A stretch of 64,000 bases of DNA. Source: Phycisphaerales bacterium. GTDB lineage: Bacteria > Planctomycetota > Phycisphaerae > Phycisphaerales > SM1A02. Positions 47,664-57,169 of this stretch are shown here, piece by piece. Made by a program: the position numbers and the translations under genes. Location: assembly GCA_028823105.1 (NCBI GenBank), contig JAPKCC010000001.1, forward strand, positions 10,089 to 74,088, written 5' to 3'. Each line of letters begins with the position of its first letter. The stretch's first letter is position 1. The notes below the pieces were generated by a model. The model saw nothing but the letters and a program-made list of their open reading frames with translations, was not told where the DNA came from and did not search any database.

Positions 47664-48662
47664 ATGCTCGCCGAACTCGAAGAACTGAAGACCGTCGCGC
47701 TCACCGAACTCGCCGCGGCCGCCGATTTGAAGGCCGTCGAGTCTTGGCGGATCGCCTACCTCGGATCGAAGGGACGACTGAAGGGCATGATGCCTCAGTT
47801 GAAGACCGTCTCTAAGGAGGACAAGCCGGCCGTCGGCAAGCGTCTGAACGAGGTGAAGGTCGCGCTCGAGCAGGGCTTCGAGTCGAGAAAGGCCGAGGTG
47901 GCCGACTCCGGCGTCACTGGCGGACCGCAGGTCGATGTGACCCAGCCCGGCGCGGACCTCCCGGAGGGCCGTCGACACGTCTTGAGCCGGACCATTGACG
48001 AGATCGTCGACATCTTCGGCCGGATGGGGTTCACCACCGCCGCCGGTCCCGAGGTCGAGGACGAGTGGCACAACTTCACCGCCTTGAACATCCCCGCGGG
48101 GCATCCGGCCCGTGACCCGATCGACAACTTCTTCATGGGCGAGCAGGAGGGGAGTCGCACGCTTCTCCGCACCCAGACTTCGACGGTACAGATCCGAACT
48201 CTGGAGAAGCAGAAGCCACCGGTGCGGATCATCGCCTGTGGTCGGGTCTACCGCCCCGACACCCACGATGCGACGCATTACTCGATGTTCCATCAGGTCG
48301 AAGGCCTTTGCGTCGACCGCGGCATCAGCATGGTCGACTTGAAGACCACGTTGTTCCAGTTCGCCCGGGCGTACTTCGGTCCCGAGGCGGAAGTCCGCAT
48401 GCGACCGAGTTTCTTCCCGTTCACCGAGCCCAGCGCCGAGGTGGACATGAAGATGAAGATCAAGGGCGAGTGGCAGTGGATCGAGATTGGCGGCTGCGGC
48501 ATGGTCGACCCGAACGTGCTCGAAGCGGTGGGGGTCGATCCCGAGGAGTTCACCGGCTTCGCCTTCGGTCTGGGTATCGAACGAGTCGCGATGCGGAAGT
48601 ACGGCATCAGCGACATCCGCTGGCTCTACGAAAACGACGTCCGGTTCCTGAACCAGTTTTAG
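47664..48662 (+). CDS. pheS: phenylalanyl-tRNA synthetase alpha subunit
   Basis: IAYLGSKGRL, HPARDPIDNFF, LLRTQTSTVQIR, FHQVEG and FFPFTEPSAEVD. Confidence 0.96.
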   Translation: MLAELEELKTVALTELAAAADLKAVESWRIAYLGSKGRLKGMMPQLKTVSKEDKPAVGKRLNEVKVALEQGFESRKAEVADSGVTGGPQVDVTQPGADLPEGRRHVLSRTIDEIVDIFGRMGFTTAAGPEVEDEWHNFTALNIPAGHPARDPIDNFFMGEQEGSRTLLRTQTSTVQIRTLEKQKPPVRIIACGRVYRPDTHDATHYSMFHQVEGLCVDRGISMVDLKTTLFQFARAYFGPEAEVRMRPSFFPFTEPSAEVDMKMKIKGEWQWIEIGGCGMVDPNVLEAVGVDPEEFTGFAFGLGIERVAMRKYGISDIRWLYENDVRFLNQF

Positions 48663-49020
48663 AGCGCTGCGGCAGCCCTTCGGGCGGCCTGGCTTTCGTG
48701 GTCTCGGTCGGCGCGGGGTGGACGCTCGCGTTGCTCGCGTGACCACCGCGCAGGGTTGAAGATCGTGCGGGAGCGCTGCAAGAGCGCTGCGGCAGTCTTT
48801 CGGGCTGCCTGGCTTTCTTGGTCTCGGTCGGCGCGGGGTGGACGCTCGCGTTGCTCGCGTGACCACCGCGCTGGGTTGAAGATCGTGCGGGAGCGCTGCA
48901 AGAGCGCTGCGGCAGTCTTTCGGGCTGCCTGGCTTTCTTGGTCTCGGTCGGCGCGGGGTGGACGCTCGCGTTGCTCGCGTGACCACCGCGCTGGGTTGAA
49001 GATCGTGCGGGAGCGCTGCG
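48661..49020 (+). repeat. tandem repeat, 3 x 120 bp, in the pheS / DUF1648 convergent gap
   Basis: Units at 48661-48780, 48781-48900 and 48901-49020. Units 2 and 3 are identical except the last base; unit 1 differs at 5 positions. Each unit holds two GC-rich hairpins. Confidence 0.95.
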
Positions 49021-49062
49021 GGCCGAAGCCTTCGATCACGGGGATCGGTCGGACCACCCACC

Positions 49063-49602
49063 TCATGCTGCGCGGAACGACTGCCAGAAGTACCAGGCCA
49101 GAACCAACGGCCAGGGGAAGACAGCGACGAGGCCCATCGTCATGCCGAGGTTCGACGGGTTACCACCCGCACCGCGAACCATGCTGATCTCGATGACCAG
49201 AAACAGCAGCGCCACGAACGCGCCGCAGAAACCAAGCAGCCGGTTGATCAACTGGTATTGCCTTTCGGCGTTCTCTTTGGTGATCGAGATGATGGTGTTG
49301 GAAATCCACGGCCAGCGTTGGATCAATCTCAACCCGCCGCAGAGAACCAACCCGATTGCCGGCAGCATGAAGATCGTCCAGGCCGGGCCGGTCGAGGTGA
49401 CCTGGCCCGCGCCATTGAACTTGGTGGGGATGGTCGCGGGCAGAGACGGGTAGGCCCAGATCGCATAGCCAATGCCGAAGAGTACGAAGTCGAGCATGGC
49501 GAAATCAAAGAGATGATCGATCCACGTCCGCACCGGACGGATGCGAGGCCGTTCGCTCTTCTTCTGGAATATGCCGCCGAACTTACTGCTGAAATCGCTC
49601 AT
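49063..49602 (-). CDS. DUF1648/SdpI-like integral membrane protein
   Basis: 179 aa with four hydrophobic helices. YPSLPATIPTKFNGAGQV resembles the DUF1648 motif (P..IP.HF...G). Confidence 0.75.
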   Translation of the reverse strand: MSDFSSKFGGIFQKKSERPRIRPVRTWIDHLFDFAMLDFVLFGIGYAIWAYPSLPATIPTKFNGAGQVTSTGPAWTIFMLPAIGLVLCGGLRLIQRWPWISNTIISITKENAERQYQLINRLLGFCGAFVALLFLVIEISMVRGAGGNPSNLGMTMGLVAVFPWPLVLAWYFWQSFRAA

Positions 49603-49729
49603 GAGGATCTTGAGCGTACCGAAGCCGAGCCCATGTCGAAAGCGAACCTGGCCGCGGAGGGTGCTCCGGGCCAGGTTCGAGGGTTCTATATCGGATCGTG
49701 GTCCTGATCTTTTTTGCGGAGTCCGGGAC

Positions 49730-50749
49730 TCAGAAGACGCTTTCGGGGAAGTAGTACTTCTCGGCGTTGGCGGGCAGGATGAGCTCGACGTCGATCATCA
49801 TGTGCTGGGGCATGAACTTCATGATCTCTTCCCGCTTGCCGTCCTGAAGGACGCCGACCGCGAACTGGATGCCGGTGGCGATCATCGACGGGGGATAGGT
49901 GATGTCGGCAGGGAACATCGGGTCGTTCTTCATGACGCGGGCCACGATGTCCTTCATCCCAGCGCCACCGAGAATCCACATCTCCTTCTCGCGGCCGGCT
50001 TCGACGATCGCTTGCTCGGCACCCAGCGCCATGTCGTCGTCGCTCGCCCAGACCGCATCGATCTTCGGAGCCTTGACGAGGATGGTCTGCATCACGTCAA
50101 GCGAGGTGGCTCGATTCCACATGCCAGAATCCTGGCCGACGATCGTGATGCCGGGGTGCAGCGCGAAGACCTCTTTCGCCGCGTCGACTCGAGCCGTATT
50201 CACGGTGCAGGGGATGCCTTCGAGGATGACAATGTTGCCCTTGCCACCGAGCTTCTCGACCATGAACTCCGCGCTCTTGCGACCGAATGAAGCGTTGTCA
50301 CCTTCGAGGAAGATGTCCGCGACGGGTTCGAGGAAACCACGGTCGACGTTGACGATCAGGATTCCCTTCTCGTGAGCCTGCTTTGCGATCGGGGTGAGCG
50401 GCGCGCTCTCGGTGCAGAGGATCACGAGGCCGTCGACCCCACGCGTCATCATGTTCTCGATGTCCTGAATCTGCTTCGAGGGCGATTCCGCGGTCTGGAA
50501 GACCCACTCGACGTCGGGATACAGTTCCATCGCCTGCTTGGCCCACCACACCACGCCGGCGGTCCAGCCGTGATCGGCCGCGGGAATGCTGACCCCGATG
50601 CGGATGGGTTTTTGCAACTTCTCGGCGACCGCCTTGACGTCTACGGGAGCGGCGGTGCTGCTCGTGGAGGTTCCGGAGTCGCCGCAACCGGCGAGGATGG
50701 CGGCGGTTCCGGCGGTGGCCGCGAGGAGAATTCTTCGGATCGGATTCAT
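49730..50749 (-). CDS. sugar ABC transporter substrate-binding lipoprotein (ribose/Peripla_BP_4 type)
   Basis: Lipobox ILAGC, then IRIGVSIPAADHGWTAG, GVDGLVILC and ILIVNVDRG. The start is taken at MNPIRR; the maximal ORF reaches 50806. Confidence 0.85.
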   Translation of the reverse strand: MNPIRRILLAATAGTAAILAGCGDSGTSTSSTAAPVDVKAVAEKLQKPIRIGVSIPAADHGWTAGVVWWAKQAMELYPDVEWVFQTAESPSKQIQDIENMMTRGVDGLVILCTESAPLTPIAKQAHEKGILIVNVDRGFLEPVADIFLEGDNASFGRKSAEFMVEKLGGKGNIVILEGIPCTVNTARVDAAKEVFALHPGITIVGQDSGMWNRATSLDVMQTILVKAPKIDAVWASDDDMALGAEQAIVEAGREKEMWILGGAGMKDIVARVMKNDPMFPADITYPPSMIATGIQFAVGVLQDGKREEIMKFMPQHMMIDVELILPANAEKYYFPESVF

Positions 50750-50888
50750 GAACGGAGCTCCTGTGTCTGCTCTTGATGGGCTGGACTGGGTTGGATTCGT
50801 CGTCAATGGTGGTCGATAGGTCGTGACCGTCGCGGCGGTGATTCTAGCAGGCGGGACCGCGGGCTCGTCGTGCTAGGGTGTGGACATC

Positions 50889-52295
50889 ATGAAGCGAATC
50901 CTAAGTGCCGTCATCCTCGCGACCGTGGGCGTTCAGGCATCAGTGGCGATGCCCGTTGGGAGTCCCGAAGGGAGTCCCGATACGGCCAACGCGGACCGTC
51001 CTCCCAATGTGGTGATCTTCTTTACCGATGATCAGGGATACGGAGATCTCTCCTGTTTCGGGCATCCGACGATTCACACCCCAAATCTCGATCGGATGGC
51101 CGCCGAGGGAGTCAAACTGACTCAGTTTTACGTCGCGTCGCCGGTCTGTTCACCTTCTCGCGCGGCGTTGATGACCGGGTGCTACCCCAAGCGGGTCGGG
51201 ATGCATCGTCATGTCATCTTCCCCACCTTCGACTACGGGTTACATACCGATGAAGTCACGATCGCCGACGTGCTTTCCGGCGCCGGCTACGCCACCGGCT
51301 GCTTTGGAAAGTGGCATCTCGGTCATCGCGAAGGACTTCTCCCGACCGATCAAGGGTTCGATACGTTTCTCGGAACGCCGTACTCCAACGACATGAGCCA
51401 GTTTCACCGGCCGGCCGGGAATACCTATACCCACAGTCTTCCGTTCCTTCGCGACAAGACCATCGTCGAGTGGGAACCCGATCAACGGTTGCTCACGAAG
51501 CGTTGCACGACGGCCGCAGTCGAATTTATCGATGCGAATGCCGACGGTCCGTTCTTCGTCTACGTCCCGCATGCCATGCCGCACATCCCGATCTATGCCT
51601 CTGAAGAATTCGCAGGGCGAAGTCCCCGCGGTCTCTACGGCGATGTGATCGAAGAGATTGACTGGAGCGTGGGGGAGGTCTTCAATGCCCTCGAGCGACA
51701 TGGCGTCGCCGAAGACACGCTGGTCATCTTCACCACCGACAACGGACCCTGGCTTCCCTACAAATCTCACGGCGGCTCCGCAGGTCCGCTTGCGGGTGGC
51801 AAAGGGACGAATTTGGAAGGCGGGCAACGGGTGCCGTTCATCGCGCGATTCCCCGCGCGGATTCCCGCCGGGACGGTTTCGCGGGAGGTTGCGACCACCA
51901 TGGATCTGCTTCCCACGATCGCCAGACTGGCGGGCGTCGAACTCGATTCGACTCGGCCGATTGATGGCCACGACATCATGCCGTTGCTGGAAGGCGCCCC
52001 GGGCGTCGTCTCATCGACCGAAGTCTTCCTCTACTACACCTCGCACGGCGAGCTCGCGGGCATTCGTCGCGGTTCGTGGAAGTTCCGGCTGGATGTGGGG
52101 ACGTTGCACGACCTTGAAGTCGACGTCAGCGAACAGTGGGACGTCGCAGCTGATCACCCGGAACTCGTGGCGGACCTCCGCGCCGCCGCGATCGCGGGCG
52201 ACGCGAGCCTCGCCGCCGGGGCAAGGCCGGTGTTGAAGGTGAAGGAGACCCTCTGGGATCCGGCGAAGGTCGTCCAGCCGGACGTCAGGCCGTGA
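50889..52295 (+). CDS. arylsulfatase-family sulfatase (formylglycine type)
   Basis: Signal peptide, then VVIFFTDDQGYGDLSCFGH, SPVCSPSRAALMTGCYP (CxPxR) and GKWHLGH. Confidence 0.92.
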   Translation: MKRILSAVILATVGVQASVAMPVGSPEGSPDTANADRPPNVVIFFTDDQGYGDLSCFGHPTIHTPNLDRMAAEGVKLTQFYVASPVCSPSRAALMTGCYPKRVGMHRHVIFPTFDYGLHTDEVTIADVLSGAGYATGCFGKWHLGHREGLLPTDQGFDTFLGTPYSNDMSQFHRPAGNTYTHSLPFLRDKTIVEWEPDQRLLTKRCTTAAVEFIDANADGPFFVYVPHAMPHIPIYASEEFAGRSPRGLYGDVIEEIDWSVGEVFNALERHGVAEDTLVIFTTDNGPWLPYKSHGGSAGPLAGGKGTNLEGGQRVPFIARFPARIPAGTVSREVATTMDLLPTIARLAGVELDSTRPIDGHDIMPLLEGAPGVVSSTEVFLYYTSHGELAGIRRGSWKFRLDVGTLHDLEVDVSEQWDVAADHPELVADLRAAAIAGDASLAAGARPVLKVKETLWDPAKVVQPDVRP

Positions 52296-52322
52296 ATACC
52301 CGGGCCCTCTTCTCGCCGAGGA

Positions 52323-53378
52323 TCAGTTGGCTTTTCCGCGTTGGATCAACACCGCGAGGATGATGATCACGCCTTTGACGAACCCCTGCCAGTAGACCTC
52401 GACGTCCGCGAGGGTGAGCATGTTGCTGATCATGATCAGGATCAGCACGCCGAGCATCGTTCCCCAGACCCGACCACGGCCACCGGTCATGGCGGTGCCG
52501 CCGATCACCACCGCGGCGATCGCATCGAGTTCAGCGAGATGGCCGACGCCCGAACTGGAGACCGAGTTCATTCGCGTCAACGACATGAGGGCGGCGATGC
52601 CGGCGCAGGCGCCGACCAGGACATAGGACCAGGTTCGCACCCGATTCACCGCGATCCCGCTGTATCGCGCCGCGATCTCGTTTGAACCGACCGCGATGAA
52701 GTGGCGGCCGAGCCGCGTTCGACTCAGCAGCAACTGACCCGCGATCACCACCGCGAAGAAGATCAGGATGTTCCAGTAGAAGACGACGGGATGCTCGTAG
52801 TAGTCCAGAACCCCCGGGATCTCGATTCCGCCACGACCGAACGTCTGCAATGCCGTGAGTCCGTCGGCGGCCCGGATCTCTCCACCCTCCGCGATCGCGA
52901 GGGTCACGGATCGGAATCCGATCAGGCCCGCGAGGGTCGCGATGAAGGCGGGGATGCGGCCGACGGTCACCAGCAGGCCGTTGAGCAGGCCGCACGCCGC
53001 GCCCAGCCCAATGCCGGTCGCGAGACCGATGATCATCGCGAGCGTTTCGTTCATCGAACCCTCGAAGAGGGCGTTCATGGTGATCATGCCGACCGCGGCG
53101 GCGAACGCCATCACGGCGCCGACCGAGAGGTCGATGCCGCCGGCGATGATCACCAGAGTCATGCCGACCGCGATCACGCCGATGTCGGCGTTCTGGTTCA
53201 AAAGGTTGCGGAGATTCTCCGGCTTGAGGAAGGTTTCAGGCTGGGTGATCGCGTTGTAGGCGAACAAGGTGAGGAAGGCGATGACCACGCCGAATCGCTC
53301 CAACGCCGACAAACCCATCTTCCACACGGTGCTGATGTTGCGCCCACCCGGGCCGCTGGTCTTCGTTGATTCGCTCAT
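52323..53378 (-). CDS. sugar ABC transporter permease (RbsC-like)
   Basis: 351 aa, multi-TM, with GGIDLSVGAVMAF and GGTAMTGGRG motifs of the ribose/xylose permease family. Confidence 0.9.
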   Translation of the reverse strand: MSESTKTSGPGGRNISTVWKMGLSALERFGVVIAFLTLFAYNAITQPETFLKPENLRNLLNQNADIGVIAVGMTLVIIAGGIDLSVGAVMAFAAAVGMITMNALFEGSMNETLAMIIGLATGIGLGAACGLLNGLLVTVGRIPAFIATLAGLIGFRSVTLAIAEGGEIRAADGLTALQTFGRGGIEIPGVLDYYEHPVVFYWNILIFFAVVIAGQLLLSRTRLGRHFIAVGSNEIAARYSGIAVNRVRTWSYVLVGACAGIAALMSLTRMNSVSSSGVGHLAELDAIAAVVIGGTAMTGGRGRVWGTMLGVLILIMISNMLTLADVEVYWQGFVKGVIIILAVLIQRGKAN

Positions 53379-54862
53379 GCCGCCTCTTCTCCCACACCCG
53401 CGGCCAGTCGCATGATCGATTCCTCGGAGGCGGTGGGGCCGTCCACCACGCCCGCGAGCGTGCCTTGTCGCATCACCGCGATGCGGTGACAGAGTCCAAG
53501 CAGCTCGGGAAGTTCACTCGAGATCAGGATGCACGCGAGTCCGTCGCGGGCGAGCCCGGCGATCAGGTGGTAGAGCTCTCGTTTTGCGCCCACGTCGACG
53601 CCGCGGGTTGGTTCGTCCAGAAGCAGCACGGTTGGTCGGGCATCAAGTCGGCTCGCCACCGCGAACTTCTGTTGATTGCCCCCGGAGAGCATTCGTATTG
53701 GACTGCGCGGATCAGGGCAGCGGATGTCGAGCCGCTTGATCCAGTCAGCGGTCGCCGCTCGTTCGCGCCGCCGATCGGGCACGAGTCGCCCGTACGCACT
53801 GAGATTCGGGAGCGTGGTGTTCTCGACGCAGGAGAGGTCCACAAGAATGCCGCGGCCCTTTCGGTCCTCGCTGACATACGCCACACCCCGCTCCAACGCC
53901 TGCTTCGGCGACCGGAAGCGGACCGGATCGCCGTCGAGTCGAACCTCGCCACCGCTGATCGGTCGCAAGCCCACGATCGCCTCGGCGATCTCGGTGCGTC
54001 CGCTTCCCACGAGGCCCGCGAGTCCCACGATCTCGCCGGGGGCGACGTCGAAGCTGATCTTCGATGCGTGGCCGGGCACGGACAGATCGCGGATTGAGAG
54101 CCGTGAGTCGTCGACGGAAGGCGGCACGACCGGAGGATAGACGTCCACGAGATCCCGGCCGACCATCAGCGACGCGAGACGATCGGCGTCTGATTCGGCT
54201 GGGGTCGTCTCGGCCACCAGGCGTCCGTCGCGGAGCACGCTGACTCGATCGCAGAGGTCGAGCACTTCGGGCAGAAGATGGGAGATGTAGACGATGGCGA
54301 CGCCTCGGTCCTTGAGCCGTCGCACCAGTTTGAAGAGCAAGGTGGTCTCTCGATCCGAGAGCACCGCAGTGGGTTCGTCGAGAATCAGGACGCTGGTCTT
54401 CTGAGAGAGGGCCTTGGTGATCTCGACCAGTTGCTGTTGTGCGACGGGCAGGTCGCCGACGCGAACCCGCGGATCGATGTCGGCGCCGATTTCCTTGAGC
54501 AAGCGAGCGGCCTCGGAACGCATGCGGCCGAGTTCGATCAAACCGAAACGACGCGGTTCCCGGCCCAGAAGAATATTCTCCGCGACCGAGAGGTCGTCGA
54601 CCAGATTCAGTTCTTGGTGGATCATGACCACCCCGACTCGGCTGGCGTCGTTGACGTTTCGAGGTTGGTAGGGGGTGCCGTCGAGGGAGAGTGAACCCTG
54701 ATCCGGAGGTTGAATCCCCGCGAGGATTTTCATCAGCGTGCTCTTGCCCGCACCGTTCTCCCCGATCACGCCGTGCACCTCGCCGGCCGCGATGTCCAGG
54801 CTCACGCCATCTAACGCCCGGACCGCCGGAAACTGCTTGGTGATGTTCCTGATCTTGAGCAC
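53375..54862 (-). CDS. sugar ABC transporter ATP-binding protein, duplicated ABC domains (RbsA-like)
   Basis: Two Walker A/signature sets (GENGAGKST, LSGGNQQK), and a 4-nt overlap with the permease gene. The start is taken at the GTG at 54862 (VLKIRNITKQF); the maximal ORF to 55027 overlaps the PKS gene. Confidence 0.9.
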   Translation of the reverse strand: MLKIRNITKQFPAVRALDGVSLDIAAGEVHGVIGENGAGKSTLMKILAGIQPPDQGSLSLDGTPYQPRNVNDASRVGVVMIHQELNLVDDLSVAENILLGREPRRFGLIELGRMRSEAARLLKEIGADIDPRVRVGDLPVAQQQLVEITKALSQKTSVLILDEPTAVLSDRETTLLFKLVRRLKDRGVAIVYISHLLPEVLDLCDRVSVLRDGRLVAETTPAESDADRLASLMVGRDLVDVYPPVVPPSVDDSRLSIRDLSVPGHASKISFDVAPGEIVGLAGLVGSGRTEIAEAIVGLRPISGGEVRLDGDPVRFRSPKQALERGVAYVSEDRKGRGILVDLSCVENTTLPNLSAYGRLVPDRRRERAATADWIKRLDIRCPDPRSPIRMLSGGNQQKFAVASRLDARPTVLLLDEPTRGVDVGAKRELYHLIAGLARDGLACILISSELPELLGLCHRIAVMRQGTLAGVVDGPTASEESIMRLAAGVGEEAA

Positions 54863-54914
54863 GTGGAGAGGATACCGGAGCGGCCGCGAAGGGCGGGGCG
54901 TCGACGGCTCGGGG

Positions 54915-56009
54915 TCACTTGAGCAGGATGAACTCACCGGCAAGTCCAGGACCGAACGCGAGCCCGACCCACGGGCGGGGCACATCGTCGATCTGGAGGC
55001 GACGGAGAATGTGCAGGAGCGTCGCACTGCTCATGTTGCCGTGGTCCCGGAGGATGGTCCGGCTCGGTTGATCGGCGCCTTCGGGCAGATCAAGGCACTC
55101 CATGACGACGTCGATCACCTTCGGCCCACCGGGGTGGATCGCCCAGCCACCGATGTCCGCACGGTTCAAACCCTGCTCCGCAAGGATCGAATCGGTCCAG
55201 GCCGGAATGGCGGCGCCGATCGCCTCCGGGACTCTGGCGCCGAGGGTCATCTCAAACCCATGGTCGCCGATCTCCCAGCCCATCATTTCGGCGGTCGCCG
55301 GAAGGATCGTGCTGGCGGTGGTGGCCAGTTCAATACTTCCTGGCTCGTGGTCTCCCGGCTCGTTGGTGACCACGGTGGCCGCCGCACCATCGGCGAAAAG
55401 GGTATTGGAGATGAGCCGGTCCAGGCGGGGGTCAGTATGAAAATGGATCGAGCTGACTTCGACGCAGACCACCAGCACGCGATTCTCGGGGTGCATGGCG
55501 GCATGACTTGCCGCGACCGCCAGCGCGTTTACCGCGGCATGGCAGCCCATGAAACCCAGATGACTTCGACGAACCGTGATCGGAAGATCGAGTGCTTCGA
55601 CCATGGCGAGATCCACGCCGGGAGCGGAGAAGCCGGTGCAACTGGCGGTCACCAGATGCGTGATGGATGCCGCATCGACGCCGGCCAATGCGATCGCCTC
55701 ACGTGCGGCGGCGATCCCGAGTTCGCGGGCGTGTCGGTGGTACGCCTTCATGCGCTCTGCGGTGCCGGGAACCCGTGGTTGACTGGGTTCGCCGGGACGT
55801 CCGATTCCGTAGAGCGGGATCGAACCGTCGGCTTCGAGGATCGCGCAGTTTCGTTGCTCGACGCCCACGCGATCATGCAGCCTCGCCAGTACTTGGCGTG
55901 AGACGTCGGGAGGCGTGAGAAGACCCGCGATCTCTAACGACCGCGCGATCGGGAGTCTGTGCTGAGGGTTGGCGACCGCGATCGGTCCAAGGGTTTGACG
56001 TTCGTTCAT
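54915..56009 (-). CDS. type III polyketide synthase (chalcone/stilbene synthase family)
   Basis: Catalytic Cys (LVTASCTGFSAPG), His (WAIHPGGPKV) and Asn (HGNMSSATLLH), with C-terminal GLAFGPGLAGE. Confidence 0.92.
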   Translation of the reverse strand: MNERQTLGPIAVANPQHRLPIARSLEIAGLLTPPDVSRQVLARLHDRVGVEQRNCAILEADGSIPLYGIGRPGEPSQPRVPGTAERMKAYHRHARELGIAAAREAIALAGVDAASITHLVTASCTGFSAPGVDLAMVEALDLPITVRRSHLGFMGCHAAVNALAVAASHAAMHPENRVLVVCVEVSSIHFHTDPRLDRLISNTLFADGAAATVVTNEPGDHEPGSIELATTASTILPATAEMMGWEIGDHGFEMTLGARVPEAIGAAIPAWTDSILAEQGLNRADIGGWAIHPGGPKVIDVVMECLDLPEGADQPSRTILRDHGNMSSATLLHILRRLQIDDVPRPWVGLAFGPGLAGEFILLK

Positions 56010-57169
56010 GCAATCACTTCAGGGTTCTGGCGTTGGCTCGGTTGGGGATCGATGGTTGATTGTCCGCTGGCGAGGCCGGCAAGTCGCGGGCCGAGACCGG
56101 GAATTCGACCGAGAATTGTCATTGCGGCCAGAGAGACGCTCGGGAACCGCATGGCCAGCGAGACGGCTCGGCAGCGACGTTGCCGGGTCTGGAGCAATTG
56201 GTGGTGGACTTGATTCCAGGTCGTCTCGGCTTCACCATCGACGAGTGCTTCCACCAGTGGTGCGGCCGTCACGGCGGCGAGCATGCCCCAGGACATTCCT
56301 TCTCCGGTGAACGGTTCAACGTAGCCGGAAGCATCGCCAATGCAGAGCACCCGACCCTCGGCGACCGCTCGACGGGAGCGAGTCAGCCCCGGCGTACCCT
56401 GCCAACGAGCTCGACCGGCGGCGGCGGCGAGTTCGGGCCGGCCAGCCTGTTCGAGTAGTGCGGCGCATGCTCGGGCCGGTCCGCCCATCGTCTTGGTCCG
56501 ACCGGGGTGCAGCGCGGCGGCCAGATCCACACGTCCATCCTCGAGTCGTACCACACCGACGTAGCCGGTTCGGTTTGCGATCATGAGCAACTCGCCCGGA
56601 GGCGGGGCGTCACACGGGGGATCGACCACGGTTCCAACCCCGAAGCGATTTCGACGACGGATCTTCCAGGCGAATTCGGCGCGATCTTCCAGAGAACGAC
56701 CGCCGATTCCATCCGCCACCACGATGGCCGCGCCTTCGATGGTGGTGGCTGGGGCCTCCGATCGGTCGAGGTCTTCGAGCGTCACGCCATCGTTTGGCGT
56801 GACCCGAGCACGCGTCCGGGATCGAAAATCGACGCCAGCGTCGATCGCAGCGTCGATCAGGCCCATGTCGAGCACGGTTCGGGAGAGCACGACGGAGCCT
56901 TCGAACCCGAGCCGGGTCTCGCGGGCGCCGCTTCGGATCACGGCGGTGTTCAATGGGATGCCTTGGTGGGCGATCGCATCGAGCCCGAGATCTCGCAAGA
57001 TCCGTCGCCCGGTCGGCGCGAGGCAGCATCCACAGACCTTGGCTCTCGGGAACGAACCTCGATCAACAAGCATGACGCGCCGTCCGCGGCGGGCCAGGAC
57101 GCAGGCCATCGTCGAGCCGGCCGGTCCGGCGCCGATGACCACGACGTCTGGTGTTTCGGTGTGGATCAT
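56006..57169 (-). CDS. FAD-dependent oxidoreductase / monooxygenase (geranylgeranyl-reductase-like)
   Basis: DVVVIGAGPAGSTMACVLARRGRRVMLVDR (GxGxxG) and a GD motif (CIGDASGYVEPFTGEG). It overlaps both neighbours by 4 nt. Confidence 0.88.
   Translation of the reverse strand: MIHTETPDVVVIGAGPAGSTMACVLARRGRRVMLVDRGSFPRAKVCGCCLAPTGRRILRDLGLDAIAHQGIPLNTAVIRSGARETRLGFEGSVVLSRTVLDMGLIDAAIDAGVDFRSRTRARVTPNDGVTLEDLDRSEAPATTIEGAAIVVADGIGGRSLEDRAEFAWKIRRRNRFGVGTVVDPPCDAPPPGELLMIANRTGYVGVVRLEDGRVDLAAALHPGRTKTMGGPARACAALLEQAGRPELAAAAGRARWQGTPGLTRSRRAVAEGRVLCIGDASGYVEPFTGEGMSWGMLAAVTAAPLVEALVDGEAETTWNQVHHQLLQTRQRRCRAVSLAMRFPSVSLAAMTILGRIPGLGPRLAGLASGQSTIDPQPSQRQNPEVIA

Noticed and set aside
48661-49020. 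CRISPR array interpretation of the 120-bp periodicity
   Set aside because: The units are contiguous with no unique spacers, the unit length is far above CRISPR repeat size, and no cas genes are in the window.
47634-49061. 475-aa minus-strand ORF and the 135-aa ORF (48659-49066) with 40-aa repeats (ALPHDLQPSAVVTRATRAST... / RTIFNPARWSREQRERPP...)
   Set aside because: Most of the long ORF is antisense to a textbook pheS. The repeat part merely translates the 120-bp DNA repeat. Several frames on both strands are open there, with only moderate GC3 (about 60-72 percent by hand count). There is no start context.
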